This document shows positions 45,447 to 54,129 of a stretch of DNA of 64,000 nucleotides, one piece after another (position 1 is the first letter of the stretch; every line of letters starts with the position of its first letter). This DNA is from a bacterium (lineage in GTDB: Bacteria > UBA8248), in assembly GCA_965221165.1 (NCBI GenBank), contig CBDCRP010000003.1, positions 384,001-448,000 of the forward strand. Reading direction: 5' to 3'. Both the position numbers and the translations under genes were made by a program. The notes beneath the pieces are model-generated. The model was not told the origin of the DNA. It ran no database searches and saw only the letters and a list, made by a program, of their open reading frames with translations.

Positions 45447-46720
45447 GAAATCCGCCTTTCCTCGATAAATGCCGGTATGTGCTCGCCGCGAATGAGATCA
45501 TCATACGTCTCGCGTTCCCTGATTATATGATACGCATCCCCGGACACAAGAATCTCAGGGGGACGGGGGCGCGAATTGTAGTTCGACGCCATGGTGAAGC
45601 CATATGCGCCCGAACTCATGACGGCCACCAAATCGTCCCTGTGAAGCTCCGGCAAATCCCGGTCTTTGGCCAGATAATCCCCGCTTTCACATATGGGACC
45701 GACCAGATCCGTGAGATGTTTCGTTCTTCCCCGCACCGCTTCCTCCACGGGCCACACATCCTGGAAGGCCTGGTACAGACTGGGCCGGATGAGGTCGTTC
45801 ATGCCCGCGTCGATGATCACGAAGCGCTTATCGGGATTTCTCTTCTCATACAGCACCCGCGTGACGAGAATGCCCGCGTTGCCCGTGATGACGCGACCGG
45901 GCTCGAAAATTAACGTGCATCCCAAATCCTTGAGTTTTGGCAATATGGCCTCCGCATAGTCTTTCGGCAGAGGCGGCGCCTCATCGTTGTAGGTGATGCC
46001 GAGGCCGCCGCCCAGGTTGAGGTAGCGGATGTCGTGCCCGTCACCCTGCAACTCGCCCACCAGACGCACCACAATTGCCACCGCATCCGCGAAAGGAGTG
46101 CTCGACGTTATCTGGCTTCCGATGTGGCAATGCACGCCGGATGGTTCGATGCCATCGAGTTTCGCGGCCGTCTGGTACTGCTCCCTGGCCCGGTTGATAT
46201 CAATGCCGAACTTGCTCTTCTTCAGGCCGGTGGCGATATAGGGATGGGTTTGGGGGTCGACGTCGGGGTTTACCCGAATCGCGACTTGCGCTTGTTTGCC
46301 CATGCGATTCGCCACCGCGCCGATATTCACCAACTCCTCTTCGCTCTCCACGTTGAACAACAACACGCCTTTTTCGAGCGCATAGGCAATCTCATCATCC
46401 GATTTTCCGACACCGGCGAACACGATTCGCTCAGCCGGCATCCCGGCCTTGACCGCACGAAACAATTCTCCTCCCGAAACGATATCCAATCCCCCGCCCA
46501 TCGCGCCGAACAGCCGGAGTATCGCCAGGTTCGAATTGCTCTTCATGGCGAAGCAGATGAGGTGCGAAACGGATGAGAACGCCTCGTCGAACACGCGGAA
46601 ATGACGCGAGAGCGTCTCATGGCTGTAGGCGTAAAAAGGCGTCCCCACCTCCTTCGCCAGCCGCGTCAAGGATACGTTTTCGGCGTGTAATTCTCCATTT
46701 TTGTAATCAAAATGGTGCAT
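45443..46720 (-). CDS. lysA: diaminopimelate decarboxylase
   Basis: AMKSN, HCHIGSQI, GGGLG, EPGR, GPICESGD and GAYG...SNYNSRPR. Confidence 0.97.
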   Translation of the reverse strand: MHHFDYKNGELHAENVSLTRLAKEVGTPFYAYSHETLSRHFRVFDEAFSSVSHLICFAMKSNSNLAILRLFGAMGGGLDIVSGGELFRAVKAGMPAERIVFAGVGKSDDEIAYALEKGVLLFNVESEEELVNIGAVANRMGKQAQVAIRVNPDVDPQTHPYIATGLKKSKFGIDINRAREQYQTAAKLDGIEPSGVHCHIGSQITSSTPFADAVAIVVRLVGELQGDGHDIRYLNLGGGLGITYNDEAPPLPKDYAEAILPKLKDLGCTLIFEPGRVITGNAGILVTRVLYEKRNPDKRFVIIDAGMNDLIRPSLYQAFQDVWPVEEAVRGRTKHLTDLVGPICESGDYLAKDRDLPELHRDDLVAVMSSGAYGFTMASNYNSRPRPPEILVSGDAYHIIRERETYDDLIRGEHIPAFIEERRIS

Positions 46721-46761
46721 TCCTCAAGCTCTCTTTCCGAGTCCTGTGAGGTACAAGGTTC

Positions 46762-46881
46762 TTACAAACTCTTGGCAACCGGACTCTTGGGAGGTTTTGG
46801 CGGTCCTTTGACCCCGCAACCCATGGACATCCAGGCTATTCCGACCATCAGGATGCTTACAAGTAAAATTCTCTTCATCAT
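46762..46881 (-). CDS. lptM: small lipoprotein LptM (YifL/LppL family)
   Basis: Below the ORF-track cutoff. Translates as MMKRILLVSILMVGIAWMSMGCGVKGPPKPPKSPVAKSL, with a CGxKGP lipobox motif, in the conserved argH-lptM-lysA-dapF position. Confidence 0.8.
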   Translation of the reverse strand: MMKRILLVSILMVGIAWMSMGCGVKGPPKPPKSPVAKSL

Positions 46882-46882
46882 T

Positions 46883-48295
46883 CTACATCCCCAAATGTTT
46901 TTTTTCAGCCCGAATCTGGGCCTTGACGCTTCTCCTGGAAGCGCCGCCCGAACTGCTTCTCGAGCGCAGGGATTTCACCAAATCCGTTTCCGCCAAATCA
47001 CCCATATCGAGGTGGGAGTCGGCCTGCTTCATATCAGAAGCGCTCAACTCCTTGAGAGCCGCTCCTTTGTCGATAGCGATTCTCACCGCGCGCCCCGCCG
47101 CCTCGTGCGCCTGACGAAAGGGAACCCCCCGCCGCACCATGGCATCCGCCAAGTCCGTCGCCGTCATATACCCGCCTTCTGCGGCCTGGGCCATTCTTTG
47201 CGGCCTAAACCGCATGGATTCGACCATGGGCGCCATGACTTCCAAACAGGCCAGCAGCGTATCGGCGGCATCGAACAGGGATTCTTTGTCCTCCTGCATA
47301 TCGCGGTTATAGGTAAGCGGCAAGCCTTTCATCAAGGTGAGCAGGGCGATGAAATCTCCGAAAACGCGCCCGCTTTTACCCCGGACGATCTCGGCCACAT
47401 CCGGGTTTTTTTTCTGCGGCATCAAAGAACTGCCCGTTGCGAAGGAATCCGCCAGTTCGACAAAGCCGAACTCCCCACTCGCCCAGAGAACGACTTCCTC
47501 CCCCAGTCTGCTCAAGTGCATCATCGCAATAGCGGCGGCAGACGTGAATTCCAGGGCGAAATCCCGATCGCTCACCGCATCCATACTGTTCTCCGCAACG
47601 GAAGCGAACCCGAGCTTCTTCGCTACCCCTTTTCTGTCTATCGGGTGGCTGGTGCCCGCAAGCGCGCCCGAACCCAACGGCAAGACATTCACGCGGGCGC
47701 GCACTTCTCCGAAACGCTCCCCGTCGCGCCGCAACATCTGGGAATATGCGAGCAAATGATGCGCCAGGGAAACGGGCTGCGCGCGCTGTAGGTGCGTGTA
47801 GCCCGGCATCACCGTGTCGATATGTGACTCCGCTTGATCCAGCAAGGCGCGCCTCAGCTTCAGAAGCGCCTCTTGTGTCTCGTCGATCCGGTTTCTGAGC
47901 CATAGCCTGAGCGACGTGGCCACCTGGTCGTTTCGGCTCCGGGCCGTATGCAACCGCCCGCCGGCGGCTCCGATTCGCTTCGTCAGCGCCGCCTCGATAT
48001 TCATGTGCACATCTTCCAGGTCGGCCTGGAACCTGAATTTATTCGCCTCCACATCCCTTAGAATGGTCTTGAGGCCAGAGACGATTTTCCGGGCATCGGC
48101 TTTCGTGATGATGCCTTGCGCCCCCAGCATTTCCGCATGCGCGATGGAAGCGATGATGTCATACGGCGCCAGACGGCAATCGAAAGAAACGCTTTCGGTA
48201 AAAGCCTCCACGCGCGCGTCGGTACCCCCCTGGAACCTTCCACCCCAGGGTTTTCGGGTTTTTGCATTTTTAGACTTCACTTCGCGCCTCGACAT
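46883..48295 (-). CDS. argH: argininosuccinate lyase
   Basis: WGGRF, EDVHMNIE, HTARSRNDQV, PGYTHLQRAQP and GSSLMPQKKNPD. Confidence 0.98.
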   Translation of the reverse strand: MSRREVKSKNAKTRKPWGGRFQGGTDARVEAFTESVSFDCRLAPYDIIASIAHAEMLGAQGIITKADARKIVSGLKTILRDVEANKFRFQADLEDVHMNIEAALTKRIGAAGGRLHTARSRNDQVATSLRLWLRNRIDETQEALLKLRRALLDQAESHIDTVMPGYTHLQRAQPVSLAHHLLAYSQMLRRDGERFGEVRARVNVLPLGSGALAGTSHPIDRKGVAKKLGFASVAENSMDAVSDRDFALEFTSAAAIAMMHLSRLGEEVVLWASGEFGFVELADSFATGSSLMPQKKNPDVAEIVRGKSGRVFGDFIALLTLMKGLPLTYNRDMQEDKESLFDAADTLLACLEVMAPMVESMRFRPQRMAQAAEGGYMTATDLADAMVRRGVPFRQAHEAAGRAVRIAIDKGAALKELSASDMKQADSHLDMGDLAETDLVKSLRSRSSSGGASRRSVKAQIRAEKKHLGM

Positions 48296-48631
48296 CTTCA
48301 GGTCTTCCTTTTTCAAGCCCTGTCCCCTCCGAGAGTGTACACCCAAGGGGCACAAAGAAAACTGCTTACACGATAGCAGGGATAAAGGGCAACCAAGGGA
48401 GGTGGAAATCGGGGAAAATTCACACTCCCCCGTCTCTTATCCTTCCGCCTCTTCGGTGGACACGGCAAAAAACGCCCCGGCCCCCGCAACCGCACTATTT
48501 TTCCAAAAGCCTGACCGCGTGTTTGGGATATTAACGCAGGGAAGCGAGGAGAATTCCCCCCGTCCGCTTGCGGGCAAGCACCGCATCTTCTAGGATGAAT
48601 CCCTTAAAGCCATTTTATCAAACCTTGCGGC

Positions 48632-49933
48632 TTGCTTTTTGGGAAAACGCATTTGGAACAAAGACACCGTTTATTCTCATCCAGACAATGGATTTTCATC
48701 GTCTCCGCTTTTGTTCTCATGGGGCTCTTCTCGGGCCTTAATTTTCTTTTCGGCGTATTCCTGAACCCCCTGATTGATGAATTCGCCTGGAACCGCTCGA
48801 CGGCCTCGGCGGCGTATTCCCTCAACATGTTCATGATAGCGTTCTGCTCGATGATTGCGGGCGGCTTCTCCGATAAATTCGGCACGAGACCCGTGCTGAT
48901 CATCGGGATTCTGATCGCCGGCGGTTCGCTGCTTCTTTCTTTCTTCATCCAGAATTTATGGCACTACTTCCTGTTCACCGGCGTGATGGCGGGCACGGGA
49001 CGCGCGGCCATCGCAACGCCCGTGCAAGCCTTCATACAACGCAACATGAACAGACACCGGGGGCTGGCCACCGGGCTGGCCGGCTCGGGCACGGGTCTCG
49101 GCATATTGATCCTGGCGCCCCTCACCGGCTTTTTCATAAGCAATCACGGATGGAGAGCCTCCTATCTGTACCTGGGAATCATCTTTTTCGTTCTCGCCAT
49201 ACCCGCGGCAATGTCCCTGAAGCCGCAAAAACAATCCCTGACGGGCGGCAATGGCCACAACCACCCCTCGGCCAGACAGGAAGAACCCGCCCCGATTCTT
49301 CCCGAAGCGTCCATGGGAATGCGGGAAATTCTCAAGCGCAGGCCTTTTTGGATGATCATTTCCAGTCACGCCACCGACTGCATGTGCCACTCGGTTCTCA
49401 TCGTTCACCTGGTGCCCATCGCGATTGAGGCAGGCATACCGCACCTACAGGCGGCGGGCCTCGTGGGCGTCATGGGTTTGGGGACGCTCATCGGACGAAT
49501 CGGCATGGGCGTACTGTCGGACCGCATCGGCGCAAAATGGGCGTTGTTCACCACGCTTGTTACTCAAACATCAGCCGTTCCCTTCCTATTCTGGATAGAA
49601 TCTCCCTTCGCGTTCTATGCCGTCGCCCTGGTGGTCGGGGTCGGCATGGGAGGACACGGGACGATGTATCCCGTGGTCACGCGCGAATACTATGGCCCTA
49701 AAAAAATAGGCATCCTGTTCGGGGCCTTCATTACCGGCGCAAGCGCGGGAATGGCCACGGGCGGGTTCATGGGCGGATTGCTTCACGATCTGACGGGCGA
49801 CTACACGCTCTCCATCCTGTTCAGCTTCCTGACCGGAGTCGCCTCCTTGCTCTTCGTGCTCTCCTACCCCTCCAGAGAGAATCCGGGAAGAAAAAAGGAT
49901 ATGGCGACCACCCTCGTTCAGCCTGCTGGGTAG
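48632..49933 (+). CDS. MFS transporter (OFA/MCT-like)
   Basis: About 12 TM helices, GFSDKFGTR and GVLSDRIG motif A. Start uncertain. Confidence 0.88.
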   Translation: MLFGKTHLEQRHRLFSSRQWIFIVSAFVLMGLFSGLNFLFGVFLNPLIDEFAWNRSTASAAYSLNMFMIAFCSMIAGGFSDKFGTRPVLIIGILIAGGSLLLSFFIQNLWHYFLFTGVMAGTGRAAIATPVQAFIQRNMNRHRGLATGLAGSGTGLGILILAPLTGFFISNHGWRASYLYLGIIFFVLAIPAAMSLKPQKQSLTGGNGHNHPSARQEEPAPILPEASMGMREILKRRPFWMIISSHATDCMCHSVLIVHLVPIAIEAGIPHLQAAGLVGVMGLGTLIGRIGMGVLSDRIGAKWALFTTLVTQTSAVPFLFWIESPFAFYAVALVVGVGMGGHGTMYPVVTREYYGPKKIGILFGAFITGASAGMATGGFMGGLLHDLTGDYTLSILFSFLTGVASLLFVLSYPSRENPGRKKDMATTLVQPAG

Positions 49934-49969
49934 GAAACATCCATTTCTTCGAAGACCCCCTGTCTTCTC

Positions 49970-49998
49970 TTGACACCCACCATTTGTGTTGATACGTT
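49970..49998 (+). promoter_or_regulatory. putative sigma70 promoter of the F0 operon
   Basis: TTGACA-N17-TACGTT. Confidence 0.45.
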
Positions 49999-50048
49999 CC
50001 CGCCCGTAAATTTCGTTGCCGCACTTCTCCTCCGGGGAGAAAGAAGGT

Positions 50049-50312
50049 ATGGCTTCCGATCCTTCTCCAGGACCAAGTCGCGGACCACAGGCGAAGAAAA
50101 CAACGAAGTCAAGAGATCAGAAAATCCGCAAGGGTGTCCGCAACGTGCATCTGGCGACGCTGGGATGGAATTTTGTGACCGCTCCGCTCGTAGGGGGCGG
50201 GATTGGATATGTCATTGATTTGTATGTGGGTTCATATCCCTGGGCGATGGTAGTCGGATTGTTTTTGGGTTTTGTTTCTGCTTTTATCGATCTCATCAGA
50301 GGCGTTCGCTGA
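50049..50312 (+). CDS. atpZ: AtpZ/ATPase gene 1 family protein
   Basis: GGGIGYVID...PW...GLFLG pattern; first gene of the F0 operon. Confidence 0.8.
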   Translation: MASDPSPGPSRGPQAKKTTKSRDQKIRKGVRNVHLATLGWNFVTAPLVGGGIGYVIDLYVGSYPWAMVVGLFLGFVSAFIDLIRGVR

Positions 50313-50702
50313 ATGCAAAACCAACCATCACTCGCCCTCAGAAGCATCGAGAACTCCGGCTGGCTGATTCTGGCGATCATGAGTCTGGGAGGACTGATTC
50401 TGGGGGATGTTTCGACGGCTATCGGCGTGGCGATTGGCGGAGCGTGCGCGCTTGGAAGTTTCCGGTTGATGGATGTATACTTCGCCCGCTTATTTCGAAA
50501 AAACATGAACCGCCCTAAATGGTGGCACCACGTCTTATACATTTTGCGATTCGTTGCTCTCATCGGGATTGTAGCGCTTGCGATAGGTTGGGCTCGGCTT
50601 CCCGTCGTGAGCGTAGTGATAGGACTGACCATTCCACCATTGGCCATATTCATCCACGGGGCTCGAAGCGCCCTCCGAACACAAGGATCGACAAGAGCAT
50701 AA
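50313..50702 (+). CDS. atpI: ATP synthase protein I
   Basis: 4 TM helices and LRF motif, directly upstream of atpB. Confidence 0.75.
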   Translation: MQNQPSLALRSIENSGWLILAIMSLGGLILGDVSTAIGVAIGGACALGSFRLMDVYFARLFRKNMNRPKWWHHVLYILRFVALIGIVALAIGWARLPVVSVVIGLTIPPLAIFIHGARSALRTQGSTRA

Positions 50703-50705
50703 CAC

Positions 50706-51425
50706 ATGGAAAAATTTCACCCGTTCTTATATTTCGACATCTTCCCCGGCCTGTCCGCATATCCGAACATCGTATACAGCTGGGTGGTGATGCTGCTCCT
50801 CATCGTGAGTTCACTGCTCGTTACGAAAACGCTGCAAAAGATCCCCTTTGGCGGGCAAAACGTGTTCGAGGCGATTTTCGATGCGTTTTCCGCTTTCATG
50901 GAAGGCCCCCTCGGCAAAGAGGGAAAACCCTTTTTCCCCCTCGTATTCACATTAGGCACCTATATTTTCCTGTGTAACGTCATTGGAATCATACCCGGCT
51001 TCATGGCGCCGACGAGCAACCTGAACACCAATGTGGGTTGCGCGCTCACCGTATTTCTCGCTACACACTATGTCGGACTCAAGAGAAACGGGATGGAGTA
51101 TCTCAAGCATTTCACGGGTCCCATCATTTGGCTGGCTCCGCTCATGGTTCCCATCGAGATCATCTCTCATCTCAGCCGTCCCCTATCGCTCACTTTGCGC
51201 CTTTTCGGAAACATAACGGGCGAGGAATTGGTGCTCGGCGTTCTGATGCTGCTGTGCCTGCAAATTTTCCTTCCCCTTCCCTGGGCGATGCAGCTGTTCA
51301 TTATTTTCGGAAGTTTCATTCAAGCCTTTGTTTTCACCCTCTTGACCATGATATATATCGCCGGGTCTCTCGAAGGACACGACCACGACGAAGAACATGG
51401 GCATGAGGCCGCCCACGCTCATTAA
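50706..51425 (+). CDS. atpB: F0 ATP synthase subunit a
   Basis: PTSNLN, RPLSLTLRLFGN and IQAFVFTLL. Confidence 0.96.
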   Translation: MEKFHPFLYFDIFPGLSAYPNIVYSWVVMLLLIVSSLLVTKTLQKIPFGGQNVFEAIFDAFSAFMEGPLGKEGKPFFPLVFTLGTYIFLCNVIGIIPGFMAPTSNLNTNVGCALTVFLATHYVGLKRNGMEYLKHFTGPIIWLAPLMVPIEIISHLSRPLSLTLRLFGNITGEELVLGVLMLLCLQIFLPLPWAMQLFIIFGSFIQAFVFTLLTMIYIAGSLEGHDHDEEHGHEAAHAH

Positions 51426-51471
51426 CAATAACGGGCCACTTAGAAATCACTTCAACAAGGAGATGTAAGGC

Positions 51472-51792
51472 ATGAAACGTTTGGGAATGATCGGATTCAC
51501 CTTAGCCAGCTTCGTAGCCATGGCCACCAATGCGTTCGCCGCCGCCGCCGGTGATGCCGGAAGCGGTGAAGTCCTGAAATGGAGAATGATCTCCTCGTCA
51601 TTCGCTTTGGCCATCGCCGCGGTCGGCGGCGCTTTCGCCCAGGGCAGGAGCATTGCCAGTGCGTTGGACGGCACGGCGCGCAACCCGGGGGCAGGCGGAG
51701 ATATCCGCGTGTCGATGATCATTGGTCTCGCTTTGATCGAGTCCCTCGTCATTTACACGTTCGTCATCTGCCTCATCATCATCCTTGGCTAG
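51472..51792 (+). CDS. atpE: F0 ATP synthase subunit c
   Basis: ARNPG loop and GLALIESLVIY, with an N-terminal signal-like extension. Confidence 0.95.
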   Translation: MKRLGMIGFTLASFVAMATNAFAAAAGDAGSGEVLKWRMISSSFALAIAAVGGAFAQGRSIASALDGTARNPGAGGDIRVSMIIGLALIESLVIYTFVICLIIILG

Positions 51793-51815
51793 ATAAAACA
51801 GTATTCGCAACACCC

Positions 51816-51848
51816 AAAAAAGGGGGAGCCCGGCGGCTCCCCCTTTTC
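51816..51848 (+). terminator. rho-independent terminator after atpE
   Basis: AAAAGGGGGAGCC-cggc-GGCTCCCCCTTTT. Confidence 0.8.
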
Positions 51849-52060
51849 GTGTTGCCGGATTTCGGTTGACCGAATGCTTACTTCCCAGAAATCCCTTCAA
51901 CGAAGAGTTGAAGGATCCCCTTTTTCGATGCCGCGCAGGTTCCACTTGCCCTGCTCTTCAAAACGAATAGAATCTAACCTCGTTCGAGACGACCCATGAA
52001 CTTCGAGGATTTCTTTTTACCTCCAAATTCCGGGTGGGCAAAAAGTTGATGTGGGAAAGC

Positions 52061-52689
52061 ATGAAAACCAAAATTCCCGAGGCGACCGTCAGCCGATTGT
52101 CACCTACGCCCGAATCCTGGATCAGGCAACAAGCGATGGGGCTGAACTCATCGCGTCCGCCGACTTGGCGGAGCAGTGCGGATTCAAGCCCGCGCAAATC
52201 AGAAAAGATCTCGCCTATTTCGGTGAATTCGGTGTCCGCGGGAAGGGCTATTACATCAAGGAGTTGAGGTACAATCTCAAGAAAATCCTGGGCGTGACCC
52301 GAACATGGAAAGTCGTGCTCGTCGGAGCGGGAAATCTCGGTTCAGCTCTATTGGCGTATAAAGGTTTTCTGGCGCATGGCTTCGAGATCGACGCCGTCTT
52401 CGACAAATTTCCCGAAAAAATACCCGCTCACCGAACCGGCTCTCTTCCGGTGTTGCCGATGTCGAATTTGCATGAAGTGGTGCAAGAAAAACAGATCAAG
52501 ATCGGCATCATCGCAGTGCCGAGCAAAAACGCGCAAAACGTAGGGACATCGCTCGTCAATGCCGGAATTACGGGCATCCTGAATTTCGCTCCCACCCAAA
52601 TTCAAACGCCGCACCATGTAAAGGTGAAAAATGTGGATTTGGGCAGTGAACTGGAACACCTGTCATTCTATCTCTCTCAAAACACTTGA
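52061..52689 (+). pseudogene. rex: redox-sensing repressor Rex with a 1-nt frameshift near codon 14-15 (pseudogene or sequence error)
   Basis: The ATG 52061 frame gives MKTKIPEATVSRLS. The continuation YARILD...QIRKDLAYFGEFGVRGKGY...VGAGNLG...ILNFAP is in another frame. The span is 629 nt, one short of a multiple of 3. Confidence 0.85.
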
Positions 52690-52704
52690 GGCGTTCGCAA
52701 CCGG

Positions 52705-53451
52705 ATGGATGAACCACAAACCTCCTGGATCCTGGCCTTCGACACTTCGATACCCAAAGGAAGGTGCGCGGTGCTTTGTGCAACGGGAACCGCCGAGGAG
52801 GCGCTTCTCCCGGAAGAAACCCGAATTTCAAATACGCTCTTGCCCCAGGTGGAGCAACTCCTGAATTCAAGAAACATCCGCACAAACATGATTCAGGCCA
52901 TTGGCGTGAGCATCGGCCCAGGGACGTTTACCGGGCTACGGGTAGGACTCTCTTGCGCAAAAGGGCTCTCGCTGGGTTTGGGCTGTCCATTGTATGGCTT
53001 TTCATCTTTAGAAATCATGGCGATGGCTGCGCTGCTGCATGAAAAGCAGACGAGCAGAAGTCTACCCAATTACATTCTCCCCTACCGGGATGCCAGGCAT
53101 GGAGAGTTGTTCACCGCTTTGTTCCAAGTATCCAGGAACCCGGGATCCCCTCGGGAAAATGCCCTTTTGCGCGTCCGGGGAGATGAAACCATCACACAAG
53201 ACGAGTTCCGCCCCCCGGAGAATGGCCATACGCTGATCGCGGGAAAAAAAGCGGAATTACCTCAAACCCTTGCCCCTGGAGTTTCAGGAGGAACAATCGG
53301 GCATAGTGAAATCGATTCCTCGGCCATTGCGACCGCATGGCTGACCCACAGAGCCCTCCAAAACCAAACACCCATGCATAGCGCCAACATATCGCTGAAC
53401 TACTGCCGAAAATCTCAAGCGCAAACCAAATGGCCGGACCCTCGGGGTTGA
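52705..53451 (+). CDS. tsaB: tRNA t6A biosynthesis protein TsaB
   Basis: ILAFDTS, GPGTFTGLRVG, AKGL and DARHGE. Confidence 0.9.
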   Translation: MDEPQTSWILAFDTSIPKGRCAVLCATGTAEEALLPEETRISNTLLPQVEQLLNSRNIRTNMIQAIGVSIGPGTFTGLRVGLSCAKGLSLGLGCPLYGFSSLEIMAMAALLHEKQTSRSLPNYILPYRDARHGELFTALFQVSRNPGSPRENALLRVRGDETITQDEFRPPENGHTLIAGKKAELPQTLAPGVSGGTIGHSEIDSSAIATAWLTHRALQNQTPMHSANISLNYCRKSQAQTKWPDPRG

Positions 53452-53556
53452 TTCCCGGTTCAATATTTCGTAGATTAAATGATTATTCGCCGGCTATAGG
53501 GCAAGCCCGAATCAAATTCTGAAATTGGCACCATGATACCTATGAGGAGATTTTCA

Positions 53557-53763
53557 TTGGAAACAACCGAAAAAGTGGAAGAAGCATTGAATCTAGGGGA
53601 TGAACTCGCACACCTGAAAAAAGAACACGCCGTTTTAGATGAAAAGATTATCGCTCTTGAAAACGTCCGATTCCCATCCCCGCAAGAACAGCAGCAGATA
53701 AAATTGCTTAAAAAAGAAAAGCTCGCCATCAAGACACAATTGGAAAAGCTGGAGAATAATTGA
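53557..53763 (+). CDS. DUF465/YdcH family coiled-coil protein
   Basis: LKKEHAVLDEKI...LKKEKLAIK. TTG start after GAGGAG; upstream ATG 53533 is an alternative. Confidence 0.75.
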   Translation: METTEKVEEALNLGDELAHLKKEHAVLDEKIIALENVRFPSPQEQQQIKLLKKEKLAIKTQLEKLENN

Positions 53764-53828
53764 AAATCGGGATTTCGCCCGATGAAATATACTAGAGCCT
53801 TGAAATAGATGATTTTACGTTTTCATCC

Positions 53829-53858
53829 TTGACCAAGACGAAAAACATGCAGTAATAT
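53829..53858 (+). promoter_or_regulatory. putative sigma70 promoter of the ilv operon
   Basis: TTGACC-N18-TAATAT. Confidence 0.45.
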
Positions 53859-54129
53859 CCATCGTTGTGCTCTCAGGATATCAGGGCGGTTATTCGCCCG
53901 GGCATTTCTTGAGATGTATTCAGGGTCTTGGCGCGCGAATAACAGGGAAAACGGCCATATGGGTCCGAAAAAGATGTTGTGGAATAAGGAGTCTGGCGTA
54001 AGAAGGGGGCGGTGTGCCCTCGTGCGCCGTCCCCTGATTTCTTCTTAACGACCCGCCGGCATCACCGGCGTTTTTCGGATCAACGACTTCATTGCCAGAG
54101 TGAGATAAAGCTCAACTGGCTGAGAGGGA

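Noticed and set aside
53911-54048. ilv attenuator leader peptide
   Set aside because: The short ORF (MYSGSWRANN...) has no run of Ile/Leu/Val codons.
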